From NCBI GenBank assembly GCA_001938485.1, contig MQRK01227476.1:1-55606 (forward strand): a stretch of DNA of 55,606 nucleotides, written 5' to 3'. The translations under genes and the position numbers were made by a program. Positions 12,340 to 23,734 of this stretch are shown here, one piece after another; the first letter of the stretch is position 1, and each line of letters begins with the position of its first letter. The stretch is from Girardia tigrina (taxonomy: Eukaryota). The notes beneath the pieces were generated by a model. The model had not been told where the DNA came from and did no database searches. It saw nothing but the letters and a program-made list of their open reading frames with translations.

Positions 12340-15300
12340 AGATTAAATTTCCGTTAAGGAGTCAGAATCAATAAATTTTTCATGTGTTTTAATGTGTGGA
12401 ACAGTAAATAGTGAACTATACTGAATAAATATATCCCATGAAAGACTATGTATAGTGAGATTTGACATTGAATTATCAATTAGTATCTTCTGCCCCACCC
12501 ATTTAATTTAAAATGATGCTATTAAAGTTATTTTTCTATATATAAGAACATACATATCTGTATGATTTCGATATCCGTCAAAATATATTGCTCTAAGTTC
12601 GTTATTACTTTGCCAATAACATTGCCCAAGACAAGTCTTAAAAGAATATTTAATGTTATGTGCTCCAACATTAACAAAGACGGTATGATGGACAATCTGT
12701 AATAAAATCTGTCGTTCTTGTAACGAAGTTCCTTGTTCAGCACCTACACCTCGCAGTAAGATAAGATGACCATTAAGGTTAATATAAAAGGAAATTTTAA
12801 ATATTTAAAATTATAAACTTGGTTTTTATCTGTCCTCACAACCTTTTCATCCATTTCAGTGTTTATCGGTAACTTTTTCCGACGCCAATTATGTAAATTT
12901 ATACCTTTTATAAAAATTTCTTCCTTTATTCATTGTTTGTTGAGCTGACCTATTTGATCTAAATCTTGATGTCTTACATATAAGACAGCTGCTTTTTTTC
13001 CTTCTAATGACGTGATCTCGATATTTTAAATTATTTCAAATACTGATTTTAGCAATTCTGAACCGTATCTTTTACCATATTCGGATGCAGTATCTCCACG
13101 TCGATCTTGAAGTGCCAAATTAGAGTATATAATAAGAGATGCTATGGCTGTATGGAACGGCGCTCGGTGCATTTTTGCTTCCATTAATGCAGATAATCCA
13201 CCTTTAGTATCTATCAACCCTGGGTACTCACATAATTGTACCTGTTTAAGTAATTTTGCAGCTTTGTGAAACTTATGTCGAGTTATTACAATCGTTAGTG
13301 GAGTAGCATTTCTTTTTGGATCTTTTACAGCAAAGAGATGTGGGTATTTTCTTACCTCATATTTGAAGAATTGGTCATTATAATTATTTTCTTTTATAAA
13401 ATGTAATCCAATATCTTCTTGTAACAGTAGAATGGTTGCATTCTCACTAATTTCTTTTTGCGATAATGGAGATCCATTATCATGATTAATTTTTAATGGT
13501 TTTATTTGAATTGGTTTTGAACGAGGTACTTGTGGATTGATTATTATGATATCTTCATAATCTGTAGATTCTGTATTCCTGTTCCTTGATAGCTGTGGAT
13601 TGATTTCTACCACGGCTATTTCCTCAGGTTGAGTTTGTGATCTGAGGTTATATCTTTTAATAGGCTCATTCTCAGCTTTTTTGCATCGATTGACGTGTAC
13701 GACTATTGGATCTGCATTTTTATTTTTTATGATAAATAAATTGGTGGGTGTCACTCTGACAACATCATATGGGCCTTTATATAGCATTGCTAACTTCTGG
13801 ATCAATCCTTTCTTTGACTCGGGAGCAAATATTCTCACCCTATCTCCGACTTTAAACGAATGTGGTTTTGTCGTTTTGTCGTATTGTTCTTTATATTTCT
13901 CTTGATTATACTTTATTTGTAGGCAAACTTGTTTATACACAATGTTTAATATTTCCAACATAAAGTGACAAAATCTGGGACTTCCATTAACTGTGATGAT
14001 TTTGGACTAAAATCCAAGTCAACAGGCATTATAATATCTCGTAAATATAAAAGATAACTTGGTTTGTAACTTGTTGCTTCTGTTTTTGTATTATTTATTA
14101 CAAATAACACATACAGAATGAAAATATCCAAATCACCTTGTTTTCGATTTGTTAAAAATGCCATTCTGTTTAAAAATGTACCGTTCATACGTTCAACTAA
14201 TCCATTTATTTCCGGATGGTAACCTGTAGTATTGAGCTTTAATATCTCAATGAGATGATTTATTTGGTTCATTATACTACTCATAAAATTTTGCCCTCTA
14301 TCGTTTAAAATCTTTTTTGGCGGTCCATATTTGAATATAATGCGTTCAACGAATATTGGTGCAAGTGTTTCAACTTTTTGATCTTGCATTGATAAAGCTT
14401 CTGTAAATTTTAAAAAATGATCCACGAAAACTAAAATATATTTATTGCGATTTACTTTTTCTGGAAATGGTCCAACGATATCCATTGCACATTATTCGAA
14501 TGGGGCTGCTGGTACTGGCATCGGTTTCAAGGGCACCTTCCTTTGGTTGGCAGTGTTAAGAGAACTCACACATTTGACAGAACATTTATTACACTCACAT
14601 TTCTTATCATCTTTATGATGATCAATAGTATTGCTTTCACTTAGATCCATCAATCAATTTTCAATATCTCCCATTATAATCTGAACTAACTTGAGAACAT
14701 TATTTTATATAAAAATATTTAATTTAAATTTTATTGGCTGAAATAAAATATTTTATAGTCATTTTTAAACATTAATTTGATTTTAATTATTTGAAAATTT
14801 ACAAAAATAAAATCAATAAACTTATTTAAAAGTTGCAATAATAAAAATTAAAAATTTGAATATTAAATCNNNNNNNNNNNNNNNNNNNNNNNNNNNNNNN
14901 NNNNNNNNNNNNNNNNNNNTTCACTTAGATCCATCAATCAATTTTCAATATCTCCCATTATAATCTGAACTAACTTGAGAACATTATTTTATATAAAAAT
15001 ATTTAATTTAAATTTTATTGGCTGAAATAAAATATTTTTATAGTCATTTTTAAACATTAATTTGATTTTAATTATTTGAAAATTTACAAAAATAAAATCA
15101 ATAAACTTATTTAAAAGTTGCAATAATAAAAATTAAAAATTTGAATATTAAATCTAAATTTAAAGAAATTAGTTTCAGATTATAAGAAATTAAATATTGA
15201 TAATCCATCTGGTTAGGAGAGGCACAATCCCAAATCAACATACAACATTTAAACATGCAAACACTACACAAAAACATCCAAATATCAAATATTCCTCACA

Positions 15301-15740
15301 GCCCGTATTTTTTCGAGTAGCGCAAATGGCACATAATTGGATCCATGACTCAATGTCAGATCTCATGCCTTCCCAATAATATTTTTCTCTGATTCTGTTA
15401 AATGTTTTTTGCAACGAAAGATGTCCTCCTAAAGCTCAATCATGATACTGCATCATTATATTTTCTTTTTGTGAATCAGGAGTAACAATTAATTCTTTAT
15501 CTCTATCCAGATATTTTAATATGTTATTCACAACTTTATATTATTTTATTTGTTGTTCCATTAATTTTTCTTTTAACTCTTTACGTTTGACATTGTTTTT
15601 TTGCCAATTTTGCAAATTCGTGTTTATGGTTACGTTTACAGCAGCTATTTCAAACATTTGACTTATTAGGTCTTTAAGTTTTATGGTCTCTGTAAAAGAG
15701 ATAATTGAAACGTATGCTACGATTAACTCTTTTATCAAAA
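12340..15740 (-). mobile_element. Ty3/Gypsy LTR retrotransposon pol remnant: integrase zinc finger, core and GPY motif, plus a long C-terminal extension
   Basis: About 15310-15500: MMQYHD*ALGGHLSLQKTFNRIREKYYWEGMRSDIESWIQLCAICATRK (HHCC). 14485-13946: MDIVGPFP...YILVFVDHFLKF...NDRGQNF...YHPEINGLVERMN (DDE core). 13961-13026: FKVGDRV...KLAMLYKGPYDVV...VHVNRCK. Frameshifts and stops present; an assembly gap interrupts it. Confidence 0.9.
14870..14919. other. Assembly gap flanked by a duplicated ~230-bp overlap
   Basis: N run; 14637-14869 is repeated almost exactly at 14920-15154. Confidence 0.95.
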
Positions 15741-16431
15741 TATTTATATAAATAGAAATAAAAAAAATAATTTTAATTAAAATATATTAAATAATAAAAA
15801 CATGCTTGAATCCAAGTCGTATATAAGATTTTTAATACCACAGTAATTGGCGAAGAAGTAACGTGCCAAATCGATGATTCTATTATTCCTTGACAACACA
15901 ACTTGGGTTATTTTTTGTCTCGTTTCTTCTAATATTTATTTTGGTAATTGAAAGATCATGGAAAGCTCATGGAAAGATCATATCCTTAAAAGTTCTATGT
16001 TTGATGATTACAATTTTAATATTCGGCAAATTGATAAGATATTGTCCGGCAATAGGATACGATTCGATGATTAGATGACTGAGTCTCGATTCGAGATTAG
16101 TGGATCTGATTCAGATTTTTTAAAGCTTTACAAAGATTTTATTTCTCGAAGCAAAATAACAATCACTCAAGAAGCTGTAGATTCTGTACTCAACTCTTTA
16201 TTTGTACTCAACTCATATGTTTATTGGTTGAATATGTTTATTTGTTGAATATTGTTTATTTTAATGTTTATTTTTTTCTGGTTATGTTATATTATAATTA
16301 AAAATTATGATTCAAATAGCCCATAGCAATATGGGATATTTGAATTTTAATTTAAATTAAATAATCATTAATTCAATGATTAATGATTTCATAATTATAA
16401 TTATCATTAGTTTTTTGTTAATAAATTAATT

Positions 16432-17131
16432 ATAAATTATTATCGATTCAACCGTATCACAACTTTCATTTTCTGCATGACAAAACGGATGTGTCATCAT
16501 TTTTCGAGAGACACTATCGAATGTGGCTTGGAACTTTCTTAACTCGGTTTTATATTGTCGTCTTACTACAAAATCTCCTGCGGTTTTTCTTCTCCAAAGA
16601 CTTTACCATTCACATTGACAATTTTCTTTTGGTGTGACCCAACCAACAACATTTACATCTGTATATATATTACTCCGGGTTTCGCATTCAGTATGATGTC
16701 TTGATAAGAACTATCTGGCTTTATTTTTCCCATTATGAATGCTTCTTCGCATTGTTTAGCTGTTAATTTTGCTGGTTCCGGAAAATATGAAGGTTTTATC
16801 GGCATTGAACCATGCGCACATCTGAACACTGTTTCTATATAGGTTACTTTGCATTCTTTTGCTTCTAAGAAAACAAAATCTGATTCCTGATATATATTCA
16901 TTACTTGTGAAAAAAAAGTGAATATTTTTGTCCGAATTTTGGTCTCGAACAGTCGTATGCTGTGATCCCTTCAGCTCCTTTTATTACTTGAAACATCATC
17001 ATCATCATCATTACTACTGGCCAATTTATTTTATCTTTTACACCTTTCCTTTGTTTTATAACTATTAAATTCTTTAAAAATTTGAGTATCTGATTCATCA
17101 TCTTCTCGAAGGGTATTTTTCCATCCACCAC
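16432..17131 (-). pseudogene. Env-like viral glycoprotein remnant (chuvirus glycoprotein-like N-terminal region) in the retrotransposon cluster
   Basis: Hydrophobic leader WPVVMMMMMMFQVIKGAEG, then ITAYDCSRPKFGQKYSL / MNIYQESDFVFLEAKECKVTYIETVFRCAHGS...LTAKQCEEAFIMGKI / DVNVVGWVTPKENCQCEW*...FVVRRQYKTELRKFQATFD...HPFCHAENESCDTVESIIIY. Two frameshifts and one stop. The cysteine pattern was recognised from memory. Confidence 0.6.
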
Positions 17132-17534
17132 GAGATTGCATCCATGAATTTATTCAATTTTCAATTAACGAAACTACCAATCCTATATATATCTAGACCC
17201 ATAAGATGAAATATAAATTTCTCATGTGTTCTTATAGCAATAAGAGCAGTAATTATTCTATTTTTATCAGGTGTCGTGGCCAATAAATTTCGTAATCCAT
17301 ATTCAAATTTCAACTCCATGATTTATATCTCGTTCATTTTCTTTAATTACGTCAATTTTAATACTTATACGTCAATTTTTAACATACATCAATTTTTTAT
17401 ACTTTGGGCTATTTTTATTATACTTTTTATTCCTTCCTGTTTTATCAACGCGAAATTGTAATTTTTACAACTTCCTTTAATAAACAATGGATAACATTTT
17501 CTATTTCAGTATTTTTTGTTTCATCCGGATCTCT

Positions 17535-18203
17535 TCATTCCGCTATTTGTCATTGTACCATGATGACTTGTGTGAGGAAGATGTTCCGTACAAACCCCAC
17601 ATGATTCTGGAATACAACTCACAGAAAGGTAGGGTTGATACTCTCGATCAAAATGTGCGGTGCTACTCATCAAAACGAAAAACAAATAGATGGCCATTTG
17701 CATTGTTTTGTAATTTATTGGATATTGGCGCGTACAATGCTTTCGTGTTCTATACAGTTGTATATCCAAATTTCGCAAATCGGGTTAGCCATCGTCGACG
17801 CATGTTTCTATTACAACTAGCGACCGAATTGGTGAAAGTTGATAATCCACCAATCTTGCCTAACCCAGGTTGACCAATTCGTCCCAATCAAAAGCGACGA
17901 TGCAATTTGTGCCCCCGACAAAATGATCGAAAGTCTAGCCAAAAATGTGACATTTGTTATCAAGCAGTTTGCTTTGAGCACACAATTCGTCGTTGTAATA
18001 AATGTCAATAGAACTTTTCATATTCTTGTCATTGTTTTATAAATTCATAAATTTGTATATTTTAATATTCTTAACTTACTAGTGTGATGTTAGAGACTAA
18101 AATTGTTGTTTTGATAATATTTACCGTAAAAATATAGATTCTGTACTGGTCCAGCAGACCCCATTTGGTACTCAACGTGATTTTTTTCTTGGTCGTTTAA
18201 TGG
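17535..18203 (+). mobile_element. piggyBac transposon 3' fragment with right terminus
   Basis: KPHMILEYNSQKGRVDTLDQ..CYSSKRKTNRWPFALFCNLLDIGAYNAF...RRRMFLLQLATEL. After a premature TGA (17871) the same frame continues into the Cys-rich domain RRCNLCPRQNDRKSSQKCDICYQAVCFEHTIRRCNKCQ* (to 18011). Ends GGTCGTTTAATGG followed by TTAA (18204-18207). Confidence 0.9.
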
Positions 18204-19416
18204 TTAATATAACTATATATCGATTGTCACTCTCCGTTGGGTATTTAATATAAACTCACAATTCTCCTTCCGGACAATTGAAAATCTATTCTTACACGGG
18301 GACATCTCGATGCTTCTCATGATCTGGATTACGACTATCGGCACTTGGATTAACGGAATATAACCCACTACGGATTAATTTCAGTACCTTTGGCTTTAGG
18401 ACAGGACGGAATCATTAAAGATGGGAAGGACTACGACGACGCTTAGTTAGTGGTTCTAGATTAACTCGCCAACGGCGAGATCACACGAATCTAAAAGAGA
18501 AACTATTTATATAAATATGTGATTAAAATATAACACAAATTCCGATAAAATATATTCAATGAATCAAAATAAAGCATATTAAGTAACACGAAATTTACAT
18601 TATTTCTAATCTTCTTGGACCGGAGGAAAGTTCGTCTACTGGTTTTCTGATCTCGATTAATTAGCTCGTGGGGTTTTTTCGTTAATTTTCTAATTCTTTC
18701 ACTTGCGATCAACAAAATTGCTTTACGCTATGTGGTACTATTCTTCTGAAAATTGTCCTAATGGTCTCGAAATATTGGTCCTAAGTGCTTTCTTCAAAAT
18801 GTTCTAATAATATTCTGCAATAAATACTATTCTAAGTGCTGTTGTTCTGTTCTAAAACTTGCAAAATATTTTCAAATGTTAATTAATGTTCTGGTTTTTA
18901 CTCGTCGGGCTACTGTATATATAACAACGTTTAATCTTGTTGGCCTGTCGGGTTGGTATGTTAATCTTGTTTGGCACGTTTTGATTAGCGGTCTACAAAT
19001 TTTGATGACTATCATTGACTGGTGCTACTCAGATCGAACATTCTAGTCTGAAAATTTCACATGACGTGGGCCACGTCACCGATTATTCATAGTGAATAAT
19101 CGTGTGACTAAATTTCTGAAACTCTGGGTTGTATAAAACAAAATAAAACACAAAAACATGTTTGGCAATCCTGAGATTCGTTTACTCTAAAAGTCAATGT
19201 ATAACATAAATTAACAGAAGGCACAATGCACAGTCAGTATATCAAAAATTATTTGTTTATGAAGACGAAAAACGTAAATTATAAATCATAGTCACTTCTA
19301 AAAAGATTGTTAAATAATGAATTTCTGTACGAATTTCTAAAAAGGAAACACAATGCGAGGGTTATAAATAATATAAGTTAGCATTAAAAGTGTAGAAGTC
19401 TTTACTTTTTCCATTT

Positions 19417-20129
19417 GTGGATGGAAATATCGAGAAAGTATCCCGACTGAAGAGAATCCAAAGAAGCGGGGACGAGCAAACACTAAGACTGGNGCTACCT
19501 CGTCTGAAAGAACACAGCTGTCCGATGGATGCCTGTCACAAACAATATGCGGAAGTGAAGGAGTTAAACAAGCATCTCAGAAGAGATCACGAAGGAGCAG
19601 AGCCAATCCCGCGGAAGAAGAAAGAGAAGAAAGCCCAGCCACATCAGAAGAAAGGAAAATATCAATGTCAACACTGTCCGAGGGAATACAAGGCCACTGG
19701 TTTCCTAAGGATTCATATTCAGAAGAATGATCAAGAAGCGCCAACATCCAACACCCAGAGAGAAGAAAACTTGGAAGAAGAGAACCAGGAAGAGCCGACA
19801 TCAAACCAATCCAATCCTCAGTTGCCGGACGCAACTGTGAGTATGCCGAGGATACAGCCGAACGACGATGCCGAAGAGAAGCTCCTACAATACCGACTGC
19901 CAGCCGATTACAAGACTGCAAGAGGACAATTTAATTGCCCATTTCGCAGTTGTTACGCGTCCACCGTAACAGCCAACGGCATGTACGGCCATGGTACCAA
20001 GTTCCATGGTTGGTCGTGCGTTACTGGCAAGCCGACTGCTCAGAGGCGGAAGGCCACTAACCCGGTAGGAGTTTAGGTGGACCCTCTAAATAGCCTTAGG
20101 CTCAATACCAATACAGAAATGGGAAGCCC
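19417..20129 (+). mobile_element. 5'-truncated retroposed insertion (probable non-LTR element 3' end) encoding three C2H2-type zinc fingers
   Basis: Exact 13-bp direct repeat ACTTTTTCCATTT at 19404-19416 and 20130-20142. GC-rich open frame to 20076 with CPMDAC..HLRRDH, CQHC..HIQKND (degenerate) and CPFRSC..HGTKFH. Confidence 0.75.
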
Positions 20130-20269
20130 ACTTTTTCCATTTCATTAATAAAAACATGACCAATCATTTATCATTTACACGATGGAAAAAAATCCCGCTT
20201 CAATTCAGTTTTCCCTCATTTCCAGCTGTTTTACAAAATTTCCCGCATGGTCTGGCATCACTGAACACA

Positions 20270-20885
20270 TTGAATTATCACTGGTGATGAAAAGTACATT
20301 TATTTCGATAATCCAAAACGAAAGAGATCATAGACAGACCCAGGAAAGGTGCCAAAGATGATTCCCAAGCATAACATCCATGGTAGGATCAGAAGAGTAT
20401 TTTGTATTATGAACTTCTGAAACCTGACAAAACTGTTCACGTGGCTCTTTATGGAGAGTAATTAAACAATCTGAACACAGACGTTACCACCAAACGACAG
20501 GGATGGACCACAAGACACGAGTACTCGATTTTGCTTCACGACCATGCGAGACCTCATGTTGCAAAACCGGTGATAAATACAATAAAAGAACTGAACTGGA
20601 AAATCTTACCCCATCAGCTCTACTCTCCTGATATTACTCCATCGGATTTTCACTTATTTCGATCAATGGCTCACAGATTGGCGGAACAGAAATTCACAAA
20701 ACACGAAGAAGTGCGAAAATGCCTCGATAAATGGATTGCATGGAAACAACCGAAATTCTTTTTTGATGGAATCCAAACATTACCAATAAATTGGAATAAT
20801 GTTATTATTAATTATTGTTGATATTGTTAATAAAGGTTTAATGAATTTTTTTTGGAATTTTAATGTTTTAAATCGTAAAAAACTA
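20270..20885 (+). mobile_element. mariner transposase remnant
   Basis: IITGDEKYIYFDNPKRKRS, LHDHARPH and YSPDITPSDFHLFRSM motifs, with stops and deletions. Confidence 0.85.
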
Positions 20886-23171
20886 ACGATGATGTGATTA
20901 AAATTAAAGTTTAAAAACCTTTTTCTCCCATACGGGATACTTATGGTTTCTTTAAAAACAATATTTTAAAGGATAAAATAAAAACAAAATAAATTTGGTA
21001 TTCACTTTACTTGATTACGTGAACTCTTCTTAGGCGAATTTTTCAGCAAATATTTTTGGGCCAACTAAACTAAATTTGCTGCTGTTTATATAGTTATTTT
21101 CATCAGCCTTGAAAATTGATGAAGTAAAACAAAGGCTAAAATATTTATAATTTTGATGAAGTAAAACAAAGACTAAAACATTTATCATTTTTAATTCCAA
21201 GTTTTGTTAAACTAAATATTATTTTGTTTGAAATTAATAATTTTACTAAAAGAATTATTTAAAAATTTTATCAAATGTGTTCATATGTATATTTCGGAAC
21301 CCTAACAGACTTAACACAACATATTCCGAAAGAGTAAATTTTATTGAAAGAAATTTTTTTAAAGACGGAATGAAATGTATAAAATGAAATAATACAAAAT
21401 AAATTTTATTTGTTATGTAACCAATTTTCGTACCTCCCTCCTCCCTCGTACCAAACCGTAACAAAATCACTGACACCTTTCTCGCCTTCAAACGTTACAT
21501 AAAAAACGAACGTTCCCTGAAGACTTTCCCTAGTTTCGCAGTGAGACCACGTGGAGGTATGTCCGACTGGCTAACGCATGGATACCCATTTTGATGGTTT
21601 TATTATTTTTGTCACCATCTTAATCCTTAAGTGTACGAAATGTGAATCACATTGAGAATGGGCCACAAGGAAATTACGTTTATGTTGAAAACAAAAAAAC
21701 CGATAGCTGTGTAATTTTAGACATGAATAAATTAACTATCAAATCTGTACATACATCTACAATACTGAAAAGGAGCATACCATTCCAACTCCAATATGTT
21801 ATAACCAGCGTGATCTAAGAATTGACCTAAAAATACTTAAGTATATTTCTAGACTTTATTATCACAAATTTTTGACTTTATTATTTTTAATATAAAACAT
21901 TTTACTATAAAACAGAGTTAATACAATCCACCTCATTTCAACGCCTTTAAGATAGAAAAAAGTGTAAATCCAAACGAAATTTATTTCTTCTAATCACAAA
22001 AGAAGTAGAAGTGGAGGCCATTAACATTTCTTGTTTTTAGTGTATGCTAAATTCAAATAGTGAACCACATTTGATGGAATAAAATTCCTGTCTTTCCTTA
22101 AAATATTTCCAATAGAAAAACAGTTGTCAACATCAGCCAAGGTTGGTTGACAGTTAGGCAACAACAATAAGTGCTGGGAGAAATATCCTGTCGTTTATAA
22201 TGGTTGACATAAAGTATTTCGTTCTTTTCCAAACGTTTTGCTATGTAGCCAGATGCATTGAATGGATCATCTTGAAAAGATAACGTACTAAAATCATTGT
22301 ACGCTGCTCTTCTACTAAATTCTAATGTGTTAAGGCTGTTCTGATACGGGTAATAAGAACTCCACCATATGTGATTTTCTCAACAATAGATCGAATAGAA
22401 AGAAATGATCTGAGTATCAGATCGCTGCTTTAAGCCATGTCACCTAATGTCGACTGAGGTGGTTGACCGATTCCATAAAAAAACAGAGACAATCATGATT
22501 TTTAACAAGACATATTATAAGTTAAAATTTATAACATTAAAGAAAGGATTATTTCAATGAAATACAGCTTTTTAAATAAAATTCTCGCTTTTTAATTTTT
22601 TTGTATATTTATTACGTTAAAAAATGAACAATAACTAATTTTCAATTTTTTGACCGAACGTCAAATTTAGACCTAATTTTGATTTAATAACTTCCTTCAC
22701 AACGTACTTGTCCCTAAAAAAAGTAACAGATTTGTGCATAATTTTAAAAAATAAATTTGTATTTCAATTTTGACTTTATTGACTTATGGTCACCCTTGTT
22801 ATAATGGAATTCATGTGATACATGTACACAACGCTTGATGGCTCACGAAGATGCAAAAATGCTGAAGATAGAGACTCGGATGATAAACATTCTAAACAGA
22901 TCTGAGATATTCAAATATTCAAAATAGAAAAAATTAAAAAGAATTTAATTTCATGTAACTTTTTGTTACAGTGCAATGTCAATGACGGTCATTCTGGTGT
23001 GGAATATACCAACAATTTATTAATTTGGGTTCATTTCCGTGATATTTTTATTAACGGTTTACAAGGTATGGAGTTCTAAAGCAAAACTAAGTTCTAGTGC
23101 AAAACATTTCTACATTTGGCGAGAAATTTAAAACATTTTTAACTTTTGTACAAAGCAAATAAAGTAAAGTG

Positions 23172-23520
23172 TTTTTCCATTCTTTTTATTAGCTTAATTT
23201 CTATATAGGAATTTAGAAACCTGTTTTTGAAGGCCTTTTACTGAATCAATTTTCTCCAATCTTTGCACACTTACTCATTCTCGAAGACAATAAATGATTA
23301 TGTGAAAATTTGATCAAAAAAACTTTTTAAGGTCCCAAATGCGAAACAAACGGAAAATTCGGAGTTCCCGAAAAATATTAATTGCAAGATATCTACTTAT
23401 AAATTATAAGTAGTTTATATTAATTTTTATTATTTTTTTAATTAAAACTTTGTTGGCAAAGTTGAGTTCTGTCTGCATAAAGAATGAATACAAAAAATTA
23501 TTTTTTTTGATTTACTAGTT
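23172..23520 (+). repeat. Helentron-like non-autonomous repeat, copy A; other copies at about 29628-29980 (+), 31207-31736 (+), 32438-32510 (+, partial), 47280-47465 (-), 47535-47735 (-)
   Basis: Shared core ATCCATGGAATTTAGAAACC..TTTTGAAG..CAATCTTTGCACACTTACTCATTCTCGATGACAATAAATGATT. The 5' TCCAT(G/T)CTTT is inverted relative to the 3' ATAAAG(C/A)ATGGA. Full copies end T(A/T)CTAGTT. Confidence 0.7.
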
Positions 23521-23734
23521 GATTCACATCTTTTATATGTATCCTTAAATGACATATCTTGTGACAATTGTTTAGATAAAATATCAATAAATAAATTCAT
23601 TTCTCTCCTAAAACTTTATTAAAACAACAAGAACTCGAAGAGATTTGAGAATTCAGTGCAAAATAATCTCAGAGATTAATATTCGACTGAAAGTTAACTA
23701 AACGAAAATTAAAAATAAATCAAGAAAAATTAAA

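Noticed and set aside
14637-15154. LTR pair or biological tandem repeat
   Set aside because: The two copies directly flank an N gap, so an unmerged contig overlap is more likely.
17871-17873. TGA read-through or alternative genetic code in the piggyBac ORF
   Set aside because: The host ORP gene ends in TGA, and stops of all three types are scattered through the decayed TEs, so ordinary nonsense mutation is sufficient.
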